From an uncultured Geitlerinema sp. (GTDB taxonomy: Bacteria; Cyanobacteriota; Cyanobacteriia; Cyanobacteriales; Geitlerinemataceae): a stretch of DNA of 64,000 nt. Position numbers and translations under genes: made by a program. The stretch is from NCBI GenBank assembly GCA_964518905.1, contig CAZFJL010000016.1, positions 2,829 through 66,828 on the forward strand, read 5' to 3'. The notes beneath the pieces were generated by a model. That model was not told where the DNA came from and searched no databases. It was given only the letters and a program-made list of their open reading frames with translations. Of the stretch, positions 1 through 9,817 are shown in pieces (the stretch's first letter is position 1; each line of letters begins with the position of its first letter).

Positions 1-1
1 G

Positions 2-442
2 ATGATCGACACCAATGTTAAGGGCTTGCTCTACGTCAGCCGCGCCGTGATTCCGGGGATGGTCGATCGCGATGCCGGACACGTGATCAATATCGGCTCG
101 ATCGCCGGTCGTGCGGCCTATCCCGGTGGTGGTGTGTATTGCGGCTCGAAGGCAGCGGTGCGGGAGATTTCGGCGGGGTTGAAGATTGATTTACTCGGGA
201 CGGCGGTACGGGTGAGCGAGGTTGATCCGGGGTTGGTGGAGACGGAGTTTAGTGATGTGCGGTTTCATGGCGATCGCGATCGGGCGAAGACGACCTACAC
301 CGGGTTAACGCCGCTAACGCCGGATGATATCGCCGATATCGTGCTGTTTTGCGCGACGCGACCGGCTCATGTCAATCTCAGCGAACTGCTAGTTGTGCCG
401 ACGGATCAGGCAACGGCGACCCAGGTTTCGCGTCGGGGTTAG
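2..442 (+). CDS. Short-chain dehydrogenase/reductase, C-terminal part (YdfG-like NADP-dependent 3-hydroxy-acid/serine dehydrogenase); the 5' end is outside the window
   Basis: The ORF is open to the window edge. It has the SDR catalytic Y-x3-K context 'GGVYCGSKAAV' and 'INIGSIAG'. It is colinear by eye with the C-terminal half of E. coli YdfG (…PAHVN…). Confidence 0.8.
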   Translation: MIDTNVKGLLYVSRAVIPGMVDRDAGHVINIGSIAGRAAYPGGGVYCGSKAAVREISAGLKIDLLGTAVRVSEVDPGLVETEFSDVRFHGDRDRAKTTYTGLTPLTPDDIADIVLFCATRPAHVNLSELLVVPTDQATATQVSRRG

Positions 443-527
443 ATCATCGAATTGACCCTATCGGTTGCGTTGTGCTGCCGTAATGGTTGGCAAGAGTTCG
501 TCGTGGTCGCGATTCTGGATGGAAGTA

Positions 528-1301
528 ATGAATCAAAAATGGATAATCACGCCAAAGAAAACGCTAAGTGATCAGGAAAGGCAAGCCTACTGGGAAAACA
601 CACACGTAGCCGAAAACTATGAAACGGTATGGAGTATGACGGAAGATCCGGTGTTACGCCATAAACTAACAGCGGAGATTCGATCGCATTCCAAACATGA
701 AAAAATACTCATACCGGGATGTGGATCAAGAACGGTCTTAGAGCGACATTTCATCGAATCTCTCGCAGATATCAGCGCGATCTATTGCACTGATTATCCC
801 GGCGTCATTGAGGTTGCAGCAGGATACTATCAGCACGCCAAGGTTCATTATGAAGCCCGTGATTCACAAGATCTAGGGTTTGAAACTGAGTTTGATGTGG
901 TAGTCATTGTCAACTCAGTGTTATCCGAAAGTGACGCGGAAAATCGTGCGATCTTACGATCGTGTTATCGATCGCTAAAAACAGGCGGAGTCTTGATTGG
1001 CCTGTTTCCCACGATATTTGCTGCGGTGGATATTGCGTATCTAGAACCAAGCCGACAACGACTAGAATGTGTCGATCTGGAACGCAGTGCGTTATATGAA
1101 ACTCAGCAAAATTTATGGCAAATCTTTTATACTCCGCTTCGGCTTAGACAAATTATTAAAGAGGCGGGCTATCATCTGGATAAAACCGAAATTTTCTTTT
1201 GTGATTCGCCGTATTTTTTGGAGCATTCAAAGCAATATTATGGACTTGAAGATCCAGATAATGTCGTCTATGAATTATTGGTCGTCGCACAAAAGTTATA
1301 G
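528..1301 (+). CDS. Class I SAM-dependent methyltransferase
   Basis: The ORF is open from 465; I prefer the ATG at 528 (MNQKWIITPK). It has the glycine-rich SAM motif I 'KILIPGCGSRT', followed by 'CTDY' and 'LKTGGVLIGLFP'. Confidence 0.75.
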   Translation: MNQKWIITPKKTLSDQERQAYWENTHVAENYETVWSMTEDPVLRHKLTAEIRSHSKHEKILIPGCGSRTVLERHFIESLADISAIYCTDYPGVIEVAAGYYQHAKVHYEARDSQDLGFETEFDVVVIVNSVLSESDAENRAILRSCYRSLKTGGVLIGLFPTIFAAVDIAYLEPSRQRLECVDLERSALYETQQNLWQIFYTPLRLRQIIKEAGYHLDKTEIFFCDSPYFLEHSKQYYGLEDPDNVVYELLVVAQKL

Positions 1302-1484
1302 GGTGATAAAAATGGACTTTTGGAATTCCCCGATGTAGAGATGCAGGCTTCAGGCGACGTAAAAGCAAGGGAAAACGAGGGTTGTAGCTGCCGTCGAACT
1401 CATGTTTTGATCACTTCGCAGCCAAAAAAACGGACAGACCGAACCGCTGTGCTACGAATAGTCTCGTTCCTCGATCGCCATGCC

Positions 1485-2261
1485 ATGCCCCGCGAATTCG
1501 TCCACTTTTCCATCATCGGCACACAAAAAGGCGGCACGACCTCGCTCGATCGCTACCTAAGCCAACACCCCCAAATCTGCACCGCCCCCCAAAAAGAAGT
1601 CCACTTTTTCGACCTACAATTCCAGCTCGGGCGCGACTGGTACGAAGCGCAATTTCTGATCGATCCCGCCAACCCCTTCGAGGCCAGCCTGACGATCGGT
1701 GAAGCCACCCCCTACTATCTGTTTCATCCCGGCGTCCCCGAACGCATGGCGACGCTTTACCCCCAGATCAAACTGATCGTCATGCTGCGCGACCCCGTCG
1801 ATCGCGCCATCTCCCACTACCACCACGCCGTTAAATATGGCTTTGAACCCTTAGGCTTTGACGCCGCGATCGCCGCCGAAGCCGATCGCCTCGCCGGGGA
1901 AAACATCCGACTCCTCACCAATCCGATCGCCACCAGCTACAGCCACCAACACCACAGCTACCTCGCACGCGGTCGCTACCTCGAACAAATTCTTTGCTGG
2001 GAACAGTTTTTCCCGCGATCGCAGTTCCTCTATATCAATAGCGCCGATTTTTTTGCCAACCCCGATCGCGAACTTCAGCGCGTCTGCGATTTCCTCGGTG
2101 TTGCCCCCTTTGCGCTAACAAGCTACCCCAGCCATAACCCCGGTAGCGGGAACGATTCGGCGATCGATCCGTCACTCAAAGCGCAACTCGTCGATCGCTT
2201 TCGACCCCACAATCGCGCTCTATTCACCCATCTCGGGCTTGATTTTGGCTGGCCGACGTAA
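1485..2261 (+). CDS. Sulfotransferase family protein (PAPS-dependent)
   Basis: It has the 5'-PSB loop 'FSIIGTQKGGTTSL' and the 3'-PB motif 'VMLRDPVDRAISHYHH'. The ORF is open from 1320; I chose the ATG at 1485 because the PSB loop starts 8 codons later. Confidence 0.85.
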   Translation: MPREFVHFSIIGTQKGGTTSLDRYLSQHPQICTAPQKEVHFFDLQFQLGRDWYEAQFLIDPANPFEASLTIGEATPYYLFHPGVPERMATLYPQIKLIVMLRDPVDRAISHYHHAVKYGFEPLGFDAAIAAEADRLAGENIRLLTNPIATSYSHQHHSYLARGRYLEQILCWEQFFPRSQFLYINSADFFANPDRELQRVCDFLGVAPFALTSYPSHNPGSGNDSAIDPSLKAQLVDRFRPHNRALFTHLGLDFGWPT

Positions 2262-2475
2262 CACTCTGTCCCCTCCAGACACTCTCCAGAAGCCAGGATT
2301 TTTGAAAAACTCCGCTTTCTCACCTCCTTGCTCGCTTGTCCGGAATGCCCCAGGATGGCAAACTTAGAGCCAGATTTATCGTAATGGCTTCATCATTACG
2401 ATTCATCGCTTGTCACGGCGCAATCCTGCCACTTGCTTTGATCGGTTCGCCTTCACCTTTTCGATTTCAACCAAA

Positions 2476-3750
2476 ATGCGAATTCTCGTCCTACATCCGA
2501 ACTTCCCCGCCCAGTTTCGGCATGTGATTGGCCTCCTTGGGAAAGATCCCGAGAACGAAGTCGTGTTTTGCACGAAAAATGAGCGACCCGAATGGAAGAT
2601 CGCAGGCGTCAAAAAGGCATTATTTACGCCCAGCCGCGACCCGAGACCGGAAACCCATCACTACGTCCGCGCCCTCGAATCAGCGGTGCTCCACGGTCAG
2701 GCGGCCTTTCGGACGCTGGAAAAGCTGAAGGCCAGCGGATTTACACCAGATGTGATTTACGGTCATTCGGGCTGGGGGCCGACGCTGTACACGAAAGATG
2801 TGTATCCCGATTCGCCGCTGATGTGCTATTTCGAGTGGTTTTATCATGCACGGGGCAGCGATGCGGATTTTGACCCGGCTGATCCGCTAGAACCCGATGA
2901 TTACGCCCGCATTCGGACAAAAAATGCGCCGATTTTGCTCGATCTGGCGAACTGCGATTGGGGACTATCGCCGACCCAGTGGCAACGATCGCAGTTTCCC
3001 CCCGAATTCCAAAGCAAAATTTCGGCCATGCATGACGGCGTCGATACGGAATTTTTCAAACCCAAACCGGGCGCAAAGTTAAAGCTGCCGAACCTGGATC
3101 TCTCCCACGTGGATGAAATCGTCACCTACGTCGGGCGCGGCATGGAACCCTATCGTGGTTTCCCCGAGTTCATCGAGTCGATCGCCTACCTGCAAGAAAA
3201 ACGCCCGAATGCCCACGTGGTAATCGTCGCCTCCGAGCGGGTCTGCTACGGCAAAGCGTTACCCGATGGTAAGAGCTACAAGGAGCACATGCTCGCAAAA
3301 GTGCCGCTCGACCTGTCGCGGGTTCACTTTGTCGGGACGTTGCCCTATCACGACTATCTCAAAGTGATTCAGGCGTCTTCGGCGCATATCTATCTGACGC
3401 GACCGTTTGTCTTGTCGTGGTCGTCGATCGAGGCGATGGCGACGGGCTGCGTCGTGGTGGGGTCGGCGACGCCACCGGTGGAGGAGGTGATTAAGGACGG
3501 TGAGAATGGGTTCTTGGTGGATTTCTTCTCGCCGAAGGAAATTGCCGATCGCGTCGCCTACGTCCTAGAGCATCCGGAAGATATGAAGCGCATTCGCGCC
3601 AATGCTCGCAAAACAGTACTGGAAGAGTATTCGCTCGAAGCGCTGTTACCGAAGCATATCAAGCTACTGGAAAATGTCGCGAACGGCCAATTGCCGCCGG
3701 ATGAGCATGTGATGCATCCGGCGCAACGCACGGGTTTTGCGATCACCTAG
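2476..3750 (+). CDS. GT-B fold glycosyltransferase (GT4-like)
   Basis: The N-terminus 'MRILVLHPNFPAQF' is typical of the family. The C-terminal nucleotide-sugar region reads 'SWSSIEAMATGCVVVGSATPPVEEVIKDGENGFLV'. The ORF is open from 2410. Confidence 0.8.
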   Translation: MRILVLHPNFPAQFRHVIGLLGKDPENEVVFCTKNERPEWKIAGVKKALFTPSRDPRPETHHYVRALESAVLHGQAAFRTLEKLKASGFTPDVIYGHSGWGPTLYTKDVYPDSPLMCYFEWFYHARGSDADFDPADPLEPDDYARIRTKNAPILLDLANCDWGLSPTQWQRSQFPPEFQSKISAMHDGVDTEFFKPKPGAKLKLPNLDLSHVDEIVTYVGRGMEPYRGFPEFIESIAYLQEKRPNAHVVIVASERVCYGKALPDGKSYKEHMLAKVPLDLSRVHFVGTLPYHDYLKVIQASSAHIYLTRPFVLSWSSIEAMATGCVVVGSATPPVEEVIKDGENGFLVDFFSPKEIADRVAYVLEHPEDMKRIRANARKTVLEEYSLEALLPKHIKLLENVANGQLPPDEHVMHPAQRTGFAIT

Positions 3751-3758
3751 ATCGGATT

Positions 3759-3779
3759 GGTGGGCGAGACCCACCCTAC
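3759..3779. repeat. Dispersed repeat family A (GGTGGGC-N-GCCCACCCTAC type), single arm
   Basis: 'ggtgggcgagacccaccctac' is related to the copies at 38643-38714 and 46157-46223. Confidence 0.6.
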
Positions 3780-3826
3780 ATGCTCCACTTGTTTTTTGCC
3801 TCCCCTTACCCTCCCGACGATAAGCG

Positions 3827-6800
3827 ATGATCTCTGCCGCGACCCTCGACACCGCGATCGAACACCACCAGTCCGGCGATCTCGATCGCGCCCGCGATCT
3901 CTACCAAGCCGTCCTCGATCGCAATCCTGATGACGCTGCCGCCCTCCACGGCCTCGGGGCGGTGCATTACCAGTCCGACGAGTATGAAGCCGCGATCGAT
4001 CTGCTTGGGCGAGCGGTGTACATCGCCGACCACGACCCGATCTATCGCAACACTCTCGGCTTGGCCTATCGCGCTCAGGGCAAACTCGCCCAAGCCTGCT
4101 GGCAATACCGCGCCGCCCTGGAGCGTGACCCGAAACATCAGGGCATTCAGAAAAATCTGAGCCGTGCTTGGGGAGAGTGGTTAGAGATCGATCGACCCGA
4201 GGCGATCACGTTTTTGGAGGGGATGGCGCATATGTATCACCGGGCGGGGTTGGAAGACGCCGCCGAGCAGCTTTACCGTAAAGAGATTGAGTTTGACGCC
4301 CAGAGTGCGGACGGCTGGCACGGTCTGGGGTTGATTGCCCAAAATCGGGGACAGCACGACCAGGCGATCGAGCTTTTCCAAAAGGCGATCGGCTTCGACG
4401 ATCAGAACGCGATCTTCTATCACAATCTCGCCCTCGCCTACCACGCCAAAGGCCAAACGCCGATCGCCCTCCAAACCTTATCGATCGCACTCCACCACAA
4501 TTTTCATCTGATCGCGCCGCGTCAACAGCTTGATACCTGTATCAATGCACTCTTTGCCCGCGATCCACTGAAACTCAAACATACCCTGTGGGAAGACGGG
4601 CAAGCCTGGGAACGACGCGACGATCGGCGTCTAGCGCAGTTTCTTTATCAAAAGCTGATCGAAAAAGCGCCCGATGTTGCAGAAGTACGCTATGCCCTGG
4701 GACAGATCTGTTTGGCGCAGTACGAGAGTTACGACGCGCTGACCAACTTTCAAAAAGCGGTCGAGATCAAGTCGGACGTTGCCGAATATTATCGAGCGCT
4801 GGGCATGGCCTATCGGATGCACGCGCTACCGAGTGAGGCGCTCAAGTCGCTGAGTAAAGCGCTCGAACTGGAGCCGGACAATGCGGACATTCAGCGCGAT
4901 TTTAACCAGATTATTGCGGACGTGATCGATTACTTCGATGAGGTGATGCAGGTCCATCATGCGCTGGAGAATTATTCGCACGTTGCCGAGCTGGAGTATC
5001 AAGCGGGAAATTTCATCCGGAAACATACGGGCAAGGTCAAGGCGGCCTTGCGTCACTACGATCGCGCTCTCGCACTCATCCCGACGTATGCCGAGGTGCA
5101 TCGCACGATCGCCGAGATTTACCTCGAAGAGCAAAATTACGATCTCGCGCTTGACCCGATTCACCAAGCCATCCAAGCCCAGCCCGCAATCGCCGACGGT
5201 TACCGACTGCTCGGTGACGCGCTCTTCGGCCTGAAGAATCTCGCGGGTGCGACCAATGCCTATCAGCGATCGCTATCGATCAATGCCAATGATGCGCGAA
5301 CCCTGAGCAGTTTGGCGCGTGCGCTGTCGGATCAGCAACAGTATGACCAAGCGGTCGAACTGTTCAAGAAGGCGATCGCGATCGATGGCAATATCGCCGC
5401 AACGCACTGGCACTTCGGCGAAACCTACGAGCGCATGGGTAAAACCGAGGAGACGATCGACTGTTGGCGCAAGGCGTTAAACCTCGATCCACACTATGGC
5501 GGCAAGGACTGCGGCGAAAACTATCGCAAAATCGCGGCTAAATTTCTAGCGGTGGATAAGAAGCAGGAGGCGGTGTTAGGGCTGAACAAGGCGATCGAAC
5601 TGCAACCGGATCTCGCCGCTGCCCACTGGACGCTGTGCGAGATTTTCAACACCACCAACAGCCTGCCGCAGTCGCGGGCGGCGGGGCTGAAATATTACGA
5701 CAACGTCAAAGATGATGAGCAGATCATGGCGGCGCTGATGGTGATGAAATCTCACGTCAATTCGGGCGTCAGCCATGTGGCGATCGAAATGCTCAAGACG
5801 ATCGAGCCGCGCCTGTTAGACCTACTCGATCGGGCAGATATCAATATCGGAATGCGGCTCTACCTCAACTTGATGTTCGATTTGCCCCACATTCGCGATG
5901 ATGTCCCGGCCAATAGCGCCCTGGTGAAACGCCTCGCCCACGCCTATCTGCGCTACCTCGACGCCAAAGCCCTATCGGAAGATCACTACGCGATCGACTT
6001 TCCCCGCGACACCACCCCCAACCGTCCGCTCCGCATCGGCTTCGTCTCGAAACATTTCCGGCGTCACTCCGTCGGCTGGCTGAGTGTGGACGTGATCGAA
6101 GAGCTGGTCAAACTGACGCCCCATGTCTTCCTCTATGTCACCGGCGACATGAAGCGCGACCACCTCACCGAACGCTTTGATGCGGCGGCGGAACGCTTCG
6201 TTCACCCCGAAAAAACCCTAAGCACAGCCGACTATCTCAAGGAAATCGCCAAGGACAAGCTCGATGTACTGGTCGATATGGACTCGGTGACGGTGATGCC
6301 CCACCTGGAAATCCTGCACCGCCATCCCGCGCCACTGTGTCTGACCTGGCTGGGTTTTGATGCGCCGTATCTCAATCCCAAACACTACTATTTTGGCGAT
6401 CGCTACACCCACCCCGAGGGCGTAGACGAGCATTACATCGAGCAGGTCGTACGGCTGCCGGACTCGTTCGCTGCGACGAAGGGCTTGCCGATCGATACCA
6501 CCAAGGATCGCGACACGATTCGCCGATCGATGCGAATCGCGCCGAACCAAGTCGCCTACCTCTGCGTTGCCACCGGTAATAAATTCTGCCCCGAGATGGT
6601 CACCGCGCAAATCGAAATCCTCAAGCGCGTTCCCGATAGCCTGCTGCTCTATAAAGGACGGGTCGGTGATCTCGATGCGATTAAGCAGGAATATCAGACG
6701 GAATGCACCAAGCAAGGGGTGCGGATTAACCGCATTCACATCCTGCCGCGCACAGCAACGGAAGAGGAACACCGGCTGATTTATCAGTTCGCCGACGTGC

Positions 6801-7138
6801 TGATCGATTCCTATCCCTACAGCGGCGCGACCCACGTAGTCGAAGCGCTATGGTTCGATATGCCGGTGATTGCCAAGGTGGCGGATCAGTCGTTTGGGCG
6901 TCAGGCGTATTCGCTGATCAAGGCGGCGGGGTCGGATATGGGCATTACATTTGATTGGCCAAGCTATATCGACTGCGCCGTGAAATTTGGCCTTGATGCG
7001 AATGAGCGTCAGAAGATGCGATCGCAACTCGAACGCGGCAAACGCCCGGAAAGTCTCGCGCCGCTCTGGAATCCGGCTAAATTCGCCCGCGATTTCCATA
7101 CGTTATGCGAGCAGCTTTTACCGTTGCAGGAAAGTTAA
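3827..7138 (+). CDS. TPR-repeat protein with a C-terminal GT41 (SPINDLY / O-GlcNAc-transferase-like) domain
   Basis: This 1103-aa ORF has many 34-aa TPR units in roughly aa 1-650. The C-terminal half matches the bacterial SPY/OGT pattern: 'LRIGFVSKHFRRHSVGWL', 'DVLVDMDSVT', 'PAPLCLTWLGFDAPY', 'DSYPYSGATHVVEALWFDMPVI'. Confidence 0.85.
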   Translation: MISAATLDTAIEHHQSGDLDRARDLYQAVLDRNPDDAAALHGLGAVHYQSDEYEAAIDLLGRAVYIADHDPIYRNTLGLAYRAQGKLAQACWQYRAALERDPKHQGIQKNLSRAWGEWLEIDRPEAITFLEGMAHMYHRAGLEDAAEQLYRKEIEFDAQSADGWHGLGLIAQNRGQHDQAIELFQKAIGFDDQNAIFYHNLALAYHAKGQTPIALQTLSIALHHNFHLIAPRQQLDTCINALFARDPLKLKHTLWEDGQAWERRDDRRLAQFLYQKLIEKAPDVAEVRYALGQICLAQYESYDALTNFQKAVEIKSDVAEYYRALGMAYRMHALPSEALKSLSKALELEPDNADIQRDFNQIIADVIDYFDEVMQVHHALENYSHVAELEYQAGNFIRKHTGKVKAALRHYDRALALIPTYAEVHRTIAEIYLEEQNYDLALDPIHQAIQAQPAIADGYRLLGDALFGLKNLAGATNAYQRSLSINANDARTLSSLARALSDQQQYDQAVELFKKAIAIDGNIAATHWHFGETYERMGKTEETIDCWRKALNLDPHYGGKDCGENYRKIAAKFLAVDKKQEAVLGLNKAIELQPDLAAAHWTLCEIFNTTNSLPQSRAAGLKYYDNVKDDEQIMAALMVMKSHVNSGVSHVAIEMLKTIEPRLLDLLDRADINIGMRLYLNLMFDLPHIRDDVPANSALVKRLAHAYLRYLDAKALSEDHYAIDFPRDTTPNRPLRIGFVSKHFRRHSVGWLSVDVIEELVKLTPHVFLYVTGDMKRDHLTERFDAAAERFVHPEKTLSTADYLKEIAKDKLDVLVDMDSVTVMPHLEILHRHPAPLCLTWLGFDAPYLNPKHYYFGDRYTHPEGVDEHYIEQVVRLPDSFAATKGLPIDTTKDRDTIRRSMRIAPNQVAYLCVATGNKFCPEMVTAQIEILKRVPDSLLLYKGRVGDLDAIKQEYQTECTKQGVRINRIHILPRTATEEEHRLIYQFADVLIDSYPYSGATHVVEALWFDMPVIAKVADQSFGRQAYSLIKAAGSDMGITFDWPSYIDCAVKFGLDANERQKMRSQLERGKRPESLAPLWNPAKFARDFHTLCEQLLPLQES

Positions 7139-7246
7139 GGACTGAGACATAACCAGAGCTTCAAGATTTTGGCAACAGATTTTGGCAACATTGAAGCTCC
7201 AAGAGACAAGCTATGCTGAAACAGCACGATCGCGAGGGCGAAACTC

Positions 7247-7831
7247 ATGCTAGCTACCGAAAACCTGACGCTACACCCACCGGCAAACTACGAATTTAGC
7301 GACGAGTGGTTCTTTGACTTTTGCGCTGCCAACCGCGACCTGCACATCGAGCGCACTGCCAATGGAGAAATTTTGATTATGGCTCCCACAGGAGGAGAAA
7401 CCGGATACCGCAATTCCAAGCTTTCTTTTCAATTGGAACTGTGGAATCGCCGCACCAAGTTGGGCGTGACGTTTGATTCTTCGACCGGGTTTCGCCTGCC
7501 GAACGGTGCTAATCGATCGCCCGATGCCGCGTGGATTCCAAACGAGTGGTGGGAGCGCCTCAGCGGAGAGGAACGCCAGCGTTTTTTACCCCTATCGCCA
7601 TTGTTTGCGATCGAGCTGCGATCGGCGACCGATACGCCCAGCACCCTACGCGCCAAAATGCAGGAATATATCGACAACGGCACAGAGCTGGGCTGGCTGA
7701 TTGACCCATTTGAGCGCACGGTGGAAGTGTACCGCCCCGAGGCTGAAGTGACGGTATGGCAGGACGTTCAGACCATTAGCGCCGCCCCAAACCTGCCAGA
7801 CTTTGAGCTAGAATTAGCTGATATTTTCTGA
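7247..7831 (+). CDS. Uma2-family (DUF820) putative endonuclease
   Basis: The family pattern is readable: 'ERTANGEILIMAPTGGETGYRNSKLSFQLELW', 'DSSTGFRLPNGANRSPDAAWI', 'FAIELRSATD', 'KMQEYIDNGTELGWLIDP'. Confidence 0.85.
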   Translation: MLATENLTLHPPANYEFSDEWFFDFCAANRDLHIERTANGEILIMAPTGGETGYRNSKLSFQLELWNRRTKLGVTFDSSTGFRLPNGANRSPDAAWIPNEWWERLSGEERQRFLPLSPLFAIELRSATDTPSTLRAKMQEYIDNGTELGWLIDPFERTVEVYRPEAEVTVWQDVQTISAAPNLPDFELELADIF

Positions 7832-8218
7832 GTTGCGAGACTGGTAAGTGCCACGGCTCTGTTCATAGTGCGGGCAATCGATCGCCGCTTCCGATCCCGC
7901 CACGATCGGATCAACAGGGCATTTCAGCCGGTGATCATTGGTGAAAAAGGCGCAGCGCGAACAGGGGATTTGATGCATCGTTTGGACGCGGTGTGCCGCT
8001 GCTGTCAGTCCGACGATCGCGTTACCGATCGCTGCGAACACTGTCACCCACGCCACCACCACGCAGATGATCCCGAGATAAGGGGCGAGCACCTGCCCAA
8101 CGGCGTTAAGCTTTTGACCAACCTGTTCTAGTACGGCAACCATCTCCGGGTCGAGCACCGGACGAACTGCCGCATTGGTAGCTACATCTAAAGTCGTTGC
8201 GATCGCATAATTGCTCAC
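7814..8218 (-). CDS. Hypothetical membrane protein with a C-terminal four-Cys motif
   Basis: This is a 134-aa ORF with one hydrophobic span (YLGIICVVVAWVTVFAAIGNAIVGL), followed by 'CSRCAFF…LKCPVDP…DCPHYE'. Its 3' end overlaps the Uma2 gene by 18 bp in convergent orientation. Confidence 0.5.
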   Translation of the reverse strand: MSNYAIATTLDVATNAAVRPVLDPEMVAVLEQVGQKLNAVGQVLAPYLGIICVVVAWVTVFAAIGNAIVGLTAAAHRVQTMHQIPCSRCAFFTNDHRLKCPVDPIVAGSEAAIDCPHYEQSRGTYQSRNSENIS

Positions 8219-8617
8219 AGCAGAACCATCTAAGACAAAGGGAAGTACGGCTTAAGTCAACGCGACTAGCGCCAACAGTACCGACCATAAAACCGTGAAA
8301 TGGGTTGTGTAGATACGCGCCGTCGGTATCGGGCGGCGGCACAGCCTAGCCATCAAACCGTAATTATCACCAAATCTTAGCGGAGCCCACCACTCTTGCG
8401 TAGCGCTGTCAACAACTTGTGAACAAACGCCAGATCATTCTGTAACATTTAGAACAAACGTAACGAACTATCAAAAAGTGCTAAATCCCGACCGGAAAAC
8501 CGTAGATTTTTTTGGGGATCGCAGTAGAATTCGACGGTGTCTTGTGTGAATCAAGTCTGTTCACTACGATTCCGTTCCGCAGGCACAAGACAGCACTACA
8601 TACAGGAGTTCACGTTA

Positions 8618-9253
8618 ATGACGCTGCAACTGGGCGATATCGTACCCGACTTTACTCAAGAATCTTCGGAAGGCACGATTAATTTCCACGAGTGGATCGG
8701 CGATAGCTGGGCCGTTCTGTTCTCGCACCCCGCAGACTACACACCGGTTTGCACCACCGAGCTGGGTGAAGTATCGCGTCGTCAGGACGAGTTCAAAGCA
8801 CGTAACGTCAAGACGATCGCCCTCAGCATCGATGACGTTGAATCGCACAAAGGTTGGATTTGCGACATCAACGAAACGCAAAACACCACGATCAACTACC
8901 CGATCTTGGCCGACGTCGATAACAAAGTCGCGACGCTCTACGGCATGATCCACCCGAAAGCCGATGCCAAAGTCACCGTGCGATCGGTCTTCATCATCGA
9001 CCCCAACAAAAAGCTGCGCCTGACGATCACCTATCCTCCGGCGACCGGTCGTAACTTCGACGAAATCATCCGCGTCATCGACGCGCTGCAACTAACGGAC
9101 GGCTACCAAGTTGCAACCCCGGTGAACTGGAAAGATGGCGACGACTGCGTTGTTGTTCCGTCGATCTCGACCGAAGATGCCAAGGTGAAATTCCCCAAAG
9201 GCGTCACCGAAGTTAAGCCTTATCTGCGCATGACGCCGCAGCCGAACAAGTAA
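8618..9253 (+). CDS. 1-Cys peroxiredoxin (Prx6-type)
   Basis: It has 'FSHPADYTPVCTTELG' with the peroxidatic Cys. The ATG at 8618 is preceded by 'caggag' at 8603-8608. The ORF is open from 8537. Confidence 0.92.
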   Translation: MTLQLGDIVPDFTQESSEGTINFHEWIGDSWAVLFSHPADYTPVCTTELGEVSRRQDEFKARNVKTIALSIDDVESHKGWICDINETQNTTINYPILADVDNKVATLYGMIHPKADAKVTVRSVFIIDPNKKLRLTITYPPATGRNFDEIIRVIDALQLTDGYQVATPVNWKDGDDCVVVPSISTEDAKVKFPKGVTEVKPYLRMTPQPNK

Positions 9254-9324
9254 GACTCGATCGAGCCTTGCAATTTGAATCGCCCTAATTTCAGGGCGAT
9301 TCAGACCTATCTCAAATCATAAAA

Positions 9325-9360
9325 AGCGACGACTACAGCTATAGTCGTCGCTTTTTTATT
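9325..9360 (+). terminator. Rho-independent terminator after the peroxiredoxin gene
   Basis: The stem AGCGACGACTA / TAGTCGTCGCT is followed by TTTTTTATT. An additional hairpin GAATCGCCCT-AATTTC-AGGGCGATTC lies at 9277-9302. Confidence 0.85.
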
Positions 9361-9369
9361 GTGTTACTG

Positions 9370-9425
9370 GATGGATCGTAGGGAGCGAGATCTTGGAAGT
9401 TTCCAAAATCTCTAAGGTCTGAAGT
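9370..9425. repeat. Dispersed repeat family B (GGATGGATCG-AGGGAGCGAGACCTTTGAGG… palindromic element), degenerate copy
   Basis: 'ggatggatcgtagggagcgagatcttggaagtttccaaaatctctaaggtctgaag' is related to 41084-41140 and, inverted, to 42565-42620. Confidence 0.7.
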
Positions 9426-9817
9426 CGCTGTTTATCATTCTTGGAGAGGGCGAGAAGTTCGACTTTTTTTGAAAGTCAAATTCTGGGATGAACGATTATT
9501 TTCGAGCAATACCCCTTAGTAAGAATAAAAAAGATAAAAATATCATCGCTCAGAGTTTTTGGCGATCGTGATTTGATTACGATTAGCGCTCAATACATAT
9601 CTTCTTGAAATATATCAATTTTTAATATGCTCCGATTTTATTTTGCTTCTATTAAATCAAGAATCTCTTTCTCCATATGAATTATAGGTTTTAAGACTTT
9701 TGTTTTTTGGCGAGAAGACATCAAGAGAAAGACATTTTTTTGTTGAGATTCTCCTGAAAATCTCAACATCCCAAATAAGTCTGTTATATTGTGCATAATC
9801 TTTATTCCCCATAGCGT

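Noticed and set aside
6218-6835. Medium-length antisense or alternative-frame ORFs lie inside clear genes. This one is 205 aa. Others are 24017-24604, 31773-32237, 43677-44468, 50273-50926, 8615-9091, 11235-11730 and 55361-55852.
   Set aside because: Each lies wholly inside a gene with strong family motifs on the other strand or frame. Their translations are compositionally biased (R/G/P-rich) and lack motifs.
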